Source of the DNA: Candidatus Latescibacterota bacterium
Lineage (GTDB): Bacteria; Latescibacterota; UBA2968; UBA8231
Direction: 5' to 3'
DNA length: 64,000 nucleotides
Assembly: GCA_965242865.1 (NCBI GenBank)
Contig: CBDETK010000013.1
Location: 2,528,001-2,592,000 of the forward strand
A program made the translations under genes and the position numbers. The notes beneath the pieces are model-generated. The model saw only the letters and a program-made list of their open reading frames with translations, ran no database searches and was not told where the DNA came from. Positions 8,254 to 17,979 of the stretch are shown one piece after another; within the stretch, counting starts at the first letter, position 1; every line of letters begins with the position of its first letter.

Positions 8254-9852
8254 ATGGAGGAGCGCGACGCCATGCACATCGAAGTCTATGACTCCACCCT
8301 GCGAGACGGCGCCCAAGCCGAGGGCATTTCCTATTCGCTAGAGGACAAGCTGCTCATCGCTCGGCGGCTCGACGCGCTCGGGGTCGATTATATCGAGGGA
8401 GGCTGGCCCAATCCCACCAACCCCAAGGATCTGGCCTTTTTTCAGGAAGTCGAAAAGCTGGGCTTGAAGGCGCGGGTGACCGCATTTGGCAGCACGCGCC
8501 GGGCCGGCGTGGCCCCGGAGGAGGACGCAACCCTGAACACGCTCCTCAAGGCCGAGACCAGCAGCGTCTGCATTTTTGGCAAGAGCTGGACTTTGCACGT
8601 CGTCGAGGCCCTCAAGACGACGCTCGAAGAAAATCTGCGGCTGATCGAAGACTCAGTGGGCCACCTTGTGGCGCACGGTCGCGAGGTGATCTACGACGCC
8701 GAGCACTTCTTTGACGGGTACTGCGACGACCCAGACTACGCGATCGCCACGCTGCGCGCGGCCGAGCGCGGTGGGGCGCGGATTTTGGTCCTCTGCGACA
8801 CCAACGGCGGCACCTTGACCAGCGAGCTGGGCCGCATCGTCGCCGCGACTCGGGGCGCGGTGGGGCTACCGTTGGGCATTCACACCCACAACGATGCCGG
8901 CATGGCCGAGGCCAACACCGTGGCGGCTGTTGAGCAGGGGGCTGTCCAGATACAGGGCACGTTCAATGGGTATGGCGAGCGTTGCGGCAACGCCAACCTG
9001 TGTACGGTGATCCCGACTGTGGAGCTCAAGCTCGGCAAGCACCTGATCGGCCGCGAGCACTTGGCGGAGCTGATGGATTTCTCCCGCTTCTTGAGCGAGA
9101 TCGCCAACGTGTACCACGACCACCGCCAGCCTTATGTCGGCGAGAGCGCGTTCGCCCACAAGGGGGGCGTACATATCGACGCCATGACCAAGAACCCGCG
9201 CTGCTACGAACACATCGATCCCCAAGCCACGGGCAACGAGCGGCGGTTCTTGGTTTCAGACCAAGCGGGCGGGGCGACGATCGTCAGCAAGCTCCAGCGA
9301 TTTTTGCCCGACCTAGAGAAAAGGGATCCGCTGGTGGGGCAGGTCTTGGAGCGGGTCAAGCAGTTGGAACACGAGGGCTATCAGTTCGAGGCGGCCGAGG
9401 GGTCGTTTGAGCTGCTGGCGCGCCGGGTTCAGGGCACGTACGAGGACTTATTCTCGCTGATCCACTTCCGCACGATCAACCGCAGGACCGGAGCGCACGC
9501 CGAAGAAGCCGAGGCCATTGTCAAGGTCGCCATCGGCGATGCAGAGTACCATACGGTCGCGGGCGGCGATGGCCCGGTCAACGCGCTCGACCAAGCGCTG
9601 CGCAAGGCACTGGAGCAGAAGTTCCCCGCGCTCGAGCAGGTGCATTTGGAGGACTACAAGGTGCGGGTGTTGTCGAGCGGGGACGGGACCGCGGCCAAGG
9701 TGCGGGTGTTGATCGAGTCCTCGGACGGCAAGGATGTGTGGGGGACGGTGGGGGTTTCGGAGAATGTGATCGAGGCGAGCTGGACGGCGCTGGCCGATAG
9801 TTTTCACTACAAGTTGATGAAAGATGCGTTAGCGGGGGTGCCTTCGCGCTGA
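8254..9852 (+). CDS. cimA: Citramalate synthase (LeuA paralogue)
   Basis: DSTLRDGAQ, YIEGGWP, IFGKSW, YDAEHFFDG and AFAHKGGVH motifs; alternative start at 8272. Confidence 0.9.
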   Translation: MEERDAMHIEVYDSTLRDGAQAEGISYSLEDKLLIARRLDALGVDYIEGGWPNPTNPKDLAFFQEVEKLGLKARVTAFGSTRRAGVAPEEDATLNTLLKAETSSVCIFGKSWTLHVVEALKTTLEENLRLIEDSVGHLVAHGREVIYDAEHFFDGYCDDPDYAIATLRAAERGGARILVLCDTNGGTLTSELGRIVAATRGAVGLPLGIHTHNDAGMAEANTVAAVEQGAVQIQGTFNGYGERCGNANLCTVIPTVELKLGKHLIGREHLAELMDFSRFLSEIANVYHDHRQPYVGESAFAHKGGVHIDAMTKNPRCYEHIDPQATGNERRFLVSDQAGGATIVSKLQRFLPDLEKRDPLVGQVLERVKQLEHEGYQFEAAEGSFELLARRVQGTYEDLFSLIHFRTINRRTGAHAEEAEAIVKVAIGDAEYHTVAGGDGPVNALDQALRKALEQKFPALEQVHLEDYKVRVLSSGDGTAAKVRVLIESSDGKDVWGTVGVSENVIEASWTALADSFHYKLMKDALAGVPSR

Positions 9853-9897
9853 ACGCACCGGCCGAGCCAGTACCGGAAATACGCAAAAGACGAGCGA

Positions 9898-11439
9898 ATG
9901 TTGAGTCCGCAACCCACCTCTGTTCAATACAACGATTGGCGTCAGGTCGAAGTAGAGCCGCTGGAGACGTTCGCGCCCACCCTGCCGGTCAGCGTGATCA
10001 TCGCGTCCTACCAAACGCCGGCCGAGACGCTGGCGAGGACCTTGGCGGCACTCGAAGGCCAGACCTATCCGCGGGAGCTGTTTGAGGTGATAATCGTGGA
10101 CGACGGGTCTGAGCCGCCGTTGGAGCGGCCCTCCGCGACACAGTTGGACGTCAAAGTGGTGCGCCAAGAGCACTGCGGGTTCGGGCTGGCCCGGGCGCGA
10201 AACAACGGTGCCCGGGCCGCGGCCCACGACCTCTTGCTCTTCCTCGATAGCGACATACTTACCGAGGCGGGCTGGATGATGGCGCACGCCCGGTGGCTCC
10301 ACACCGTAGCCGACGCCCTGACTGCGGGATCGGTCGCTCACGTGGCGATAGACGGCATCAGTGCGGAGACGATTCGGCAGCGGCCGGGGTCGTTGGACGG
10401 GTTGCTTGCGGACCGGCCAGCCGACCCGCCCTTGGCCGCCGGCCTCATGGCCAGAACCAACGATCTGACGTCGCGGGCCGACGACCTGTTTCGGGCGATA
10501 GCCTGCGGAAACTTTGGAATCGGCAAGGATTTCTACTGGTCGGTAGGTGGGTTCGACGAATCGTTCACCCGGTATGGAGCGGAGGACACCGAGTTCATCT
10601 ACCGGGCTTATACCCGCGGGGGCCTGCTGGTGCCGGTGCGGGGTGCCTTCGCTTGGCACCAGGGCCGCCGGAGTGAGAACAAAGACGCCAAGGATCGAAG
10701 TCGTCGGCTCCAGCGCGGGAAAGCAGCGCATCTGATCGCCCACCCTAGCTACCGCGGCAACAGCCTCGGCCGCATCTTCACGGTCCCCCAGTATGTGGTG
10801 ACCATGGACGGGTGCCATCGCCGGACCGACCAGATCATCCGAGCGGTCGTGAGTCTGCTGGCCGACCGAGTGCATGACTTGGTGGTCAGAATCGAAACGG
10901 ACGCGAGCGGCGATGACGAGCGGCTTCAGCGGCTTCAGGAGGAGTTCGGGCCGGACCCGCGAGTGCGCGTCGCTCCCGCCCGTTCCGCCCTCGACGAGTT
11001 TCCAGAGTCGCCGTTCTACGTCGCGCTTCCCGCCGCCGCGTTCGCCCCGGGCTTGGTGCATCGCTTGCGCGTCCGGCTGCAAGACGCGGTGCTCGCCACC
11101 TCCGAGCTCCCCGACGGGAGCGCGGTGTCCATCGCCCGCTCCTGGGCACTCCACCGGGCGCGTCGCACCGGGAAAAGCCCGGCCGACTTAGGAGAGGTGC
11201 GCACGATACCCGCCGAGGTGCTGAGACTCAAGGCCGCGGGCGACGCGGAGTGCGCCGCGACCGTGGAGCCCGTTGACTATCCCACCAACAGGGAGCGCCT
11301 GCGCGACCAGATGCGGGCCCTCTGCTGTTTTAGGGGGACTTGGTCGTTCTGCAAGTGGATGATCGGCATGGTCTGGTGGCGAGTTCTCAACAAGTGGCAG
11401 GCCGTTCGTTGGCGTCTCCGGCGGGTGACCCGGAATTAG
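9898..11439 (+). CDS. GT2-family glycosyltransferase, paralogue 1
   Basis: VSVII..., IIVDDGS, ARARNNG, FLDSD and GGFDESF..YGAED motifs. Confidence 0.9.
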   Translation: MLSPQPTSVQYNDWRQVEVEPLETFAPTLPVSVIIASYQTPAETLARTLAALEGQTYPRELFEVIIVDDGSEPPLERPSATQLDVKVVRQEHCGFGLARARNNGARAAAHDLLLFLDSDILTEAGWMMAHARWLHTVADALTAGSVAHVAIDGISAETIRQRPGSLDGLLADRPADPPLAAGLMARTNDLTSRADDLFRAIACGNFGIGKDFYWSVGGFDESFTRYGAEDTEFIYRAYTRGGLLVPVRGAFAWHQGRRSENKDAKDRSRRLQRGKAAHLIAHPSYRGNSLGRIFTVPQYVVTMDGCHRRTDQIIRAVVSLLADRVHDLVVRIETDASGDDERLQRLQEEFGPDPRVRVAPARSALDEFPESPFYVALPAAAFAPGLVHRLRVRLQDAVLATSELPDGSAVSIARSWALHRARRTGKSPADLGEVRTIPAEVLRLKAAGDAECAATVEPVDYPTNRERLRDQMRALCCFRGTWSFCKWMIGMVWWRVLNKWQAVRWRLRRVTRN

Positions 11440-11443
11440 TGCA

Positions 11444-12949
11444 TTGAGTCCGCAACCGAACTCAGTCTGGTACAACAACTGGTGCGAGGTGTCGGCCGCG
11501 TCGGCCAACACGTTCACGCCCACCCTACCCGTCAGCGTTATCGTCTCGTACTACGATGCCCCGAAAGCGCTGGCACTGACGCTGGCATCCCTTGAAAGAC
11601 AGACTTACCCGCGCCATCTCTTTGAGGTGGTCGTCGTGGACGACGGTTCGCCCACGCCGTTGGCACCGCCTTGCTCGACGCCCCTCGACGTCAAGGTGGT
11701 GCATCAAGAGGACCGCGGCTTCGGGCTAGCGCGGGGTCGGAACACCGGGGTTCGGGCGGCCGCGCACGACATCCTGCTCTTTCTCGATGGCGACTTACTT
11801 GCCGAAGCCGGCTGGATAAAGGCCCACGCCCGGTGGCACCACGCCGTATCCGACGCCCTGACCATAGGCTTTCACGCCAACGTGGCGGTGGACGGTATCG
11901 ACGCGGAGACCATCCGGCGGCGGAGCGGATCGCTTGAGGAGCTATTCGCCGGCCGACCGACTGAGCCGTCGTGGGTAGAACGCCAGATGAGAATGACCAA
12001 CGATTTGACGTCGCGGGACGACGACCTGTTCAGAATGGTGGGCGGGGGAAACTGCGGGGTCAGCAGGGCTTTCTACGAGTTCGTGGGCGGGTATGACGAG
12101 TCCTTCACGGGATGGGGAGCAGAGGATGTGGAGTTCGCCTACCGGGCCTACACCCGAGGCGGGTTGCTGGTGCCGGTCCGGGACGCCTTCGCATGGCACC
12201 AAGGTCTCCAGAAGGAAGGCTGGGCGGCCAAGTGGAAGCGGGGCGAACCCCAGCACGCCAAGGCCGCCCATCTGATTGCCCACCGCCGGTTCCGCTACGC
12301 CTCGCCGGGCCGAACCTTTGCGGTGCCCCAGTACGTAGTGACCATCGAGCGAGAGCGGGAAGGGTTGCCAGCCGACCGGCTCTTTGAGGCCGCGGTGAAA
12401 ATTTTGGCCGACCGGGAGCACGACTTGGTGGTGAGAGTAGAGATACAGGAGGGCGACGATGGCTTTGAGTGGCTCCGGCAACAGTTCGGGCCGGACCCAC
12501 GGGTGCGCGTCGGGCCAGCGGCGTCGAGCCTCGACGAATTTTCGGTGGCTTCGTTCCACATCGCGCTCCCCGCCTCTGTCCCGTTCGCCGTCAACTTGGT
12601 GTATCGCCTGCGCGAAGCATTGGGAGACGCGGTGATCGCCCGTTCAACCCTCCCCGACGGCCGGACGGTGTCGATCGCCCGAGCGTGGGCACTCCATCGG
12701 GCGCGTCGCACCGGGAAGAGCCTGGCCGACTTTGGCGACGCGGTGACGGTTTCCCCTAAGAAGGTGGGGCTTGGGGTTCGCAGCCGGGGTGGCGTTAGCG
12801 GCAAAGCGGTGCGGACGACGTTTTGGAACGGTCCCTCAAAGCTGACATGGCTGCGCGTTGAGGCGCGGAGCATAGACAGCCCGGCGCGGGCGTGGTGGTT
12901 CTTGAAGTGGCTGGTGCGCGGCTTAGTGCGCTGGGGCCGCCGTACTTAG
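11444..12949 (+). CDS. GT2-family glycosyltransferase, paralogue 2
   Basis: Same architecture: VVVDDGS, FLDGD, GGYDESF..WGAED; TTG start. Confidence 0.9.
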   Translation: MSPQPNSVWYNNWCEVSAASANTFTPTLPVSVIVSYYDAPKALALTLASLERQTYPRHLFEVVVVDDGSPTPLAPPCSTPLDVKVVHQEDRGFGLARGRNTGVRAAAHDILLFLDGDLLAEAGWIKAHARWHHAVSDALTIGFHANVAVDGIDAETIRRRSGSLEELFAGRPTEPSWVERQMRMTNDLTSRDDDLFRMVGGGNCGVSRAFYEFVGGYDESFTGWGAEDVEFAYRAYTRGGLLVPVRDAFAWHQGLQKEGWAAKWKRGEPQHAKAAHLIAHRRFRYASPGRTFAVPQYVVTIEREREGLPADRLFEAAVKILADREHDLVVRVEIQEGDDGFEWLRQQFGPDPRVRVGPAASSLDEFSVASFHIALPASVPFAVNLVYRLREALGDAVIARSTLPDGRTVSIARAWALHRARRTGKSLADFGDAVTVSPKKVGLGVRSRGGVSGKAVRTTFWNGPSKLTWLRVEARSIDSPARAWWFLKWLVRGLVRWGRRT

Positions 12950-12990
12950 TGTGCGACAACAATCGCAGTTATTTCACAAGCGGCTGCTTT

Positions 12991-14361
12991 ATGCGGTTCT
13001 TAGACCGGGTACGGGCCATCCAACGCTCCGGCGGAGCATCGTCGTTCCTGCGATGGGTGAACGTCGTTTTGCGGCGGGAGACCAACAAGCGGCGGGTGGC
13101 TTGGTGGCATCTCCAAAGCGCGTTGCGGAGCCGCTGGATACGCGCTCAGTCGCGGCCGGCGAGTCGGACGCCGGAAGAATCGGTTCCCGCCTTTGACCTC
13201 GGTGGGTACAACCCGATTGGCTGGCGACGCGACGCAGGGAGCGAAGTGGTGGCGTTGGGACCGCTCGCGCTGCTGCCGCCCAACGTTGAGGTCCAGCGCG
13301 TCGTTCACGGGCGCGACCTGCGCCGGCTGCGCCGAATCCATCACCTCGAAGACACCGCGGCGTTCCATTCCGACCCGGTTGCGCGGGCGGGCACTTTGGC
13401 TCGCTTGGCCGCGTGGGGCTTGGTGGTACATCTGGCGGATGGCGACCAGCGGCTTCGTCCGTTGCTCGGCGACAGCTTCTATGGGCTGGCAACCGCAAAC
13501 GCACGCGGACTCGACGCCGACGCCCGAGAGTTGCTCAGCGTCGGGCTGCGCCGCGCCGCTTTGCGGGAGCATTCGTCGTGGGCCTGCGCTCGGCGACTGG
13601 GCCGGGAGGAGCTGCCCTTGGTGTCCATCCTGCTGGCAACCAAGCGCCCGGCGTTTTTGCCGTGGGCCCTTGCCAACGCGGCGCGACAAACCTATCCAAG
13701 AGTGGAGTTGATCTTAGTGCTGCACGGCGAGGGCTTTGCCGGCGTTGAGCGGCGGGTTGCCGAATTGCCGCTCCCGGCAAAGGTGCTGCGGATGTCCGCC
13801 AGCGAGCCTCTCGGCACGGTGCTCAACGCCGCGACTGCGGCCGCGAGCGGGATGCTGCTGACCAAAATGGACGACGACGACGCGTACGGCACCGACCACC
13901 TGTGGGACTTGGTGCTGGCGCGGGAGTATTCGGGGGCGCAACTGGTGGGCAAGTGGCTGGAGTTCGTCCATCTGGCCGCGGCGAACCGCACCATTCGCTG
14001 GTTCAACGGGTGCGGCGAGCGCTACCAGACATCGGCCTTGGCCGGGGGGACCCTGCTCATTTCTCGCCGCGATTTGGACGGCGTCGGCGGTTGGCGAAAG
14101 GTGCCGAGCGGCGTCGATACGGCACTGGCCGAGGATGTCCTTCAAGCCGGCGGGCGCGTTTACCGCACCCACGCGACTGGCTTCATGCTGGTTCGGCACG
14201 GCTGCCGCCATACTTGGAACGATCCCGACGGGGCCGACGACGCCCTGCTCGCCAAGGCCGACCGCGTCTGGTGCGGCTTTCAACCGGCCCGGGCTGGCAT
14301 TGAAGAGCTGAACCTCGGGCATCCGGTCTTGGCCGGCGCGGTGCGCTCGCCTTTATTGTGA
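12991..14361 (+). CDS. Glycosyltransferase (C-terminal GT-A fold)
   Basis: LVSILLATKRP, RQTYP, KMDDDDAY, GGTL and GVD motifs; start uncertain (ORF from 12892). Confidence 0.78.
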   Translation: MRFLDRVRAIQRSGGASSFLRWVNVVLRRETNKRRVAWWHLQSALRSRWIRAQSRPASRTPEESVPAFDLGGYNPIGWRRDAGSEVVALGPLALLPPNVEVQRVVHGRDLRRLRRIHHLEDTAAFHSDPVARAGTLARLAAWGLVVHLADGDQRLRPLLGDSFYGLATANARGLDADARELLSVGLRRAALREHSSWACARRLGREELPLVSILLATKRPAFLPWALANAARQTYPRVELILVLHGEGFAGVERRVAELPLPAKVLRMSASEPLGTVLNAATAAASGMLLTKMDDDDAYGTDHLWDLVLAREYSGAQLVGKWLEFVHLAAANRTIRWFNGCGERYQTSALAGGTLLISRRDLDGVGGWRKVPSGVDTALAEDVLQAGGRVYRTHATGFMLVRHGCRHTWNDPDGADDALLAKADRVWCGFQPARAGIEELNLGHPVLAGAVRSPLL

Positions 14362-14606
14362 GGAGCTAAGTACGCGACAGTAACGACCAGCCTTCCAATG
14401 GATCGAGGGCGGGACGCCTTCGATCCCGGATTCAGCGGAAATCGCAGAAAAGGCGGACTTAACGCAGGGGTCGTGTACCTAAGTGAGGAGTTGCATCGGG
14501 CGGGCTGTTGAGCAGTACGATTCCCAAGAGCCGCCCGGCCCTTGCATCTCGATTGAGTACTAGGAAGCGTTCTTGTGCGTGCCGCGGAAGCAGCCGCCAT
14601 GCTGAT

Positions 14607-15428
14607 ATGCTGATGAGGAGACTGAAACAACTGTACGCAATTTGTGCGCACCCCCTCGTCGTCAGAGACCTCGTCGGTGCGTTGGCGCACGGCGCGTTCG
14701 GCCCGGCGCGGCGCATGGCGTACACCGCGGTGCGCTCGCCGGACCTCACGGCCGAGAAGGTCGTCTCCCGAAAGTACCAGTACCTTTGGCTTTGCAACCC
14801 CAAGGTGGCGTCGCGGAGCATCCTAGCGGTGCTGCGCGCTGCGGACCCCGACGCTGAAGTCATCAAAGGCGCGAGCGTCGCCAGTGTTTACGCCATGTAC
14901 CCAGCCGTGCAAGACTACTTCAGTTTCGCGTTCATCAGGCATCCTTTTGACCGGGCACTTTCGCTGTATGCGGAAATGCGCTTCTTCCGCGAACGCTTTG
15001 ACGGAGCGAACCGTGGCCGCAAAGAGGAGCGGCAACGGTTCTTCGACAGCGCGTTCTTTGGACTGGCGGAGGTGGAGAGCTTCGACGACTACTGCCGCTG
15101 GCTGAACACGCCTTACGGTTCGGATGCGTTCGCGAACGGCCACTTTCTGTCCCAGCATCGGCAAATACGCCTTCCAGATGGCCGCCCGCCCGATTTCATC
15201 GGCCACCTAGAGAGCATAGACCGCGACCTGAAGCGAGTCGCCAAGCACTTGGGGATGCCGGTGCCGACGCTGCCGATGCTAAACACGATGGCGGGATGGC
15301 AGCCTCGGTCGCCGCAAGCATTGAAAGCCGCCCGGGCGGAGATGAGCGCGCTCCTGACCGAGCACAACAGGGCACTGCTCAAAAAGCGATACGCGGGCGA
15401 TTTGGAGTTGGGGGGCTATTCGCCATGA
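14607..15428 (+). CDS. Carbohydrate sulfotransferase (Sulfotransfer_2 type)
   Basis: PAPS-binding PKVASRS and FIRHPFDRALS motifs, HFLSQ, DFIGHLE. Confidence 0.85.
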   Translation: MLMRRLKQLYAICAHPLVVRDLVGALAHGAFGPARRMAYTAVRSPDLTAEKVVSRKYQYLWLCNPKVASRSILAVLRAADPDAEVIKGASVASVYAMYPAVQDYFSFAFIRHPFDRALSLYAEMRFFRERFDGANRGRKEERQRFFDSAFFGLAEVESFDDYCRWLNTPYGSDAFANGHFLSQHRQIRLPDGRPPDFIGHLESIDRDLKRVAKHLGMPVPTLPMLNTMAGWQPRSPQALKAARAEMSALLTEHNRALLKKRYAGDLELGGYSP

Positions 15429-16234
15429 CTGGAACGCCCACGCGAATTTTGCTTGGAGGCCCGGCCCTGAAGACACAGGCCAAAAAGGTGCTCCGGCGGG
15501 TTCACCTGTATAAACAGGCCGCCCGCATGCACCGCCGGCTCCGCTTGGCATTGCGCGATGTGCGCCGCATTGACCGCCGCATTGCGGCGCACTACCTCGC
15601 GGAGGCGAGCGAGCCTAAGCTACACATCGGCTGCGGCGACAACCTGCTCGACGGCTGGCTAAACTCAGACCTGCACCCCCGCTCTAAGGGCATTCTGCGT
15701 CTAGATGCGACGCGCCCGTTTCCCTTTGCGGACGACACCTTCACCTACGCCTACAGCGAGCATCTGCTCGGCTCCATTCCCTTTCGCGAGACCATGGCCA
15801 TGCTGAGCGAGTGCTTTCGCGTACTCGCGCCGGGCGGCAAGCTGCGAATCACGACCTTCGACTTGGCCTTTCTGATCGATCTGTACCGGCGGGAGCCCTC
15901 TAAGCTCCAGGAGCAGTACCTCAAGTGGGCCGCCGATACCCGCTTGCAACGGCGCGAGGACAGCCCGCACCGCGCGTTGCAGGAGCGAGCCCCGGCGCAA
16001 CCCGTTGAGACCGGTTTGCTGGTCAATCACACCCTGCGCTCGGAGTGGGGGCTGTTCGTGTATGATGAGCCGATCTTGCGCCGGGTGTTTGAGAGCGCCG
16101 GGTTCCAAAACATAGTGAAGTGCGACCTGAACCAGAGCGAGGATGCCGCGCTTTGCGGCTTGGCCAACGAGGGGCGACTGCCCGCTGGCTTTCTACGGCT
16201 GGAATCCGTCACGCTCGAAGGGAGCAAGCCATGA
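15425..16234 (+). CDS. Class I SAM-dependent methyltransferase (glycan-cluster type)
   Basis: KLHIGCG...GWLNSD, YSEHL, ECFRVLAPGG; ATGA overlap with the upstream gene. Confidence 0.85.
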   Translation: MTGTPTRILLGGPALKTQAKKVLRRVHLYKQAARMHRRLRLALRDVRRIDRRIAAHYLAEASEPKLHIGCGDNLLDGWLNSDLHPRSKGILRLDATRPFPFADDTFTYAYSEHLLGSIPFRETMAMLSECFRVLAPGGKLRITTFDLAFLIDLYRREPSKLQEQYLKWAADTRLQRREDSPHRALQERAPAQPVETGLLVNHTLRSEWGLFVYDEPILRRVFESAGFQNIVKCDLNQSEDAALCGLANEGRLPAGFLRLESVTLEGSKP

Positions 16235-17979
16235 GGCGGGGGTCCACTTGGCACTGGATTGTGCTGGGGACGGGACTGGCCGGTTGGTTGCTCGTCGCCT
16301 ACGGCTGGGTTCCGGCTCTTCTCGAAGCCGGGTATCGACAGGAAAGCATCGGCTGGATCAACGAACTCTTCCCGGGCCGGGCGAAAAGCCCGCTCGAGAA
16401 TTACCTCGACCGCTGGTACGAAATGGCGCGGCTGGGTACGCTCTGGTGCGTGGTCCTTAGCGGCGTCGGCCTGTTCGGGCGTCGGATCTGGATGAACGTT
16501 CCGCGGTTCTTTGAACGTGTGGTCGGCACCGCGACTCCCAGTGCGCTCGGGGCGATCCGCGCATGGACGTGCGCCATCCTGTTTCTCGATACGCTTCGCT
16601 ACGACCTAGTGAGTACGACGCTGCTTCCCGATGAGTTGATCCAGCCGATGGGCCTGATGAGCCTGCTGCACTGGCTGCCCATCGGGTATGAAGCGTTCCT
16701 CGCGGACCCGCTGGCACTCTGGACGTTCCAGCACGGCACAATGCTCCTCCTCCTATTCGGCGTCATTGGACTTGGTACGCGGGTCGTCGTGCCAGCCGCG
16801 GCGATCTGCCACCTCGTCGTGGGCGGGATCGCACGGGAGTATTCGTTTTTCTATCACGGCGGCCTGATTCCATGGTACGTGCTGGTCGTGCTCGCCTTTA
16901 CCCGCTGCGACCAAGGCTTTTCTATCGACCGGCTCTGGCGCATCGCCCGCCGACAGGCTGTGCCGGCAGCCAATCAGCCCACAGCCGAGTTCGGCTGGGC
17001 GCGGTATGCGGTCTGGACGACCATTGCCATGCCGTACGTGATGGCTGGTTGCAGCAAGCTATACGGCTCGGGTCTAGAGTGGGTCGCGGCCGACAACCTG
17101 CGCGCTCATCTGCTGCGTCCAAACTTGAAGATGCCGTACCAGGACGACAGCGTATTGTACTCCATCCTGCCGGCCCCGGACTTCCTGTTCGTCCTGCTGG
17201 GCATCATTGCGATAGGCACGGAGTTGGCCTTCGGCCTCGTGCTGGTGTCCCGACGAGCCCGGCTGGTGATACCCGCAACGATGGTGCTCGTCCACATCGG
17301 GATCGTGTTCTTACAGGACATCCTATTCTCTGATCTAATGCTGCTGCTATTGGTGTTCTACGACTGGCGGCCGCTGGGACGGGCCGTGGGACGATGGTTT
17401 GCTATTGGTCCGGTGCGAAGAGAGCTCGCTGGTCCCCCAAGCGACGCGGCATCCGCGCACCGACGGGGTGCGCTTGTCGTACTGGTGATCGTGGCAATTG
17501 CCGCGTCCGTCTGGACGGCCGTCATCAGCTTCTATCCGTTCACGCCGGTAGATATGTTCAGCAAGCCGGCATCGCCGCCGGGCATCGTCGAATACCAGCG
17601 GGTGATCGTCTATTGGGAGGACGGCACCAGCGAGGAAGCCCCGCTCGATCGGTGGTGCAGGTTGATACCTAAATTCAGGTTTTGGCCTGTGTTTGAGGTG
17701 ACGTTCAAGCACTCGGAGGCGATGAACCCGCCTTGGCGTCAAGATATCTCTTGGTCGTTTCGGCCTGTGTTCGAGGCTGTGTTCAAAGGTCCGGAGGGAC
17801 GGGAGTTGGCCCGGAAGTTCTTGGACTCCGCGATTGACGCGGCCAACTTACGGGACTACGCGCCGCGTCCGACGCGCTTGGAGGTCCAGCTTTGGCGATG
17901 GGATTTTGCCAATGACCCGGCCAACCCCGACCACGGCGTCTTGGTGGACCGCTATGTCCACGCCATCAGCCCCCCTTAG
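16231..17979 (+). CDS. HTTM-like multi-pass membrane protein
   Basis: Multiple TM helices; FSIDR, Y..AG.SKL...G.EW and ELAF...HIGI patterns; ATGA overlap. Confidence 0.65.
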   Translation: MRRGSTWHWIVLGTGLAGWLLVAYGWVPALLEAGYRQESIGWINELFPGRAKSPLENYLDRWYEMARLGTLWCVVLSGVGLFGRRIWMNVPRFFERVVGTATPSALGAIRAWTCAILFLDTLRYDLVSTTLLPDELIQPMGLMSLLHWLPIGYEAFLADPLALWTFQHGTMLLLLFGVIGLGTRVVVPAAAICHLVVGGIAREYSFFYHGGLIPWYVLVVLAFTRCDQGFSIDRLWRIARRQAVPAANQPTAEFGWARYAVWTTIAMPYVMAGCSKLYGSGLEWVAADNLRAHLLRPNLKMPYQDDSVLYSILPAPDFLFVLLGIIAIGTELAFGLVLVSRRARLVIPATMVLVHIGIVFLQDILFSDLMLLLLVFYDWRPLGRAVGRWFAIGPVRRELAGPPSDAASAHRRGALVVLVIVAIAASVWTAVISFYPFTPVDMFSKPASPPGIVEYQRVIVYWEDGTSEEAPLDRWCRLIPKFRFWPVFEVTFKHSEAMNPPWRQDISWSFRPVFEAVFKGPEGRELARKFLDSAIDAANLRDYAPRPTRLEVQLWRWDFANDPANPDHGVLVDRYVHAISPP

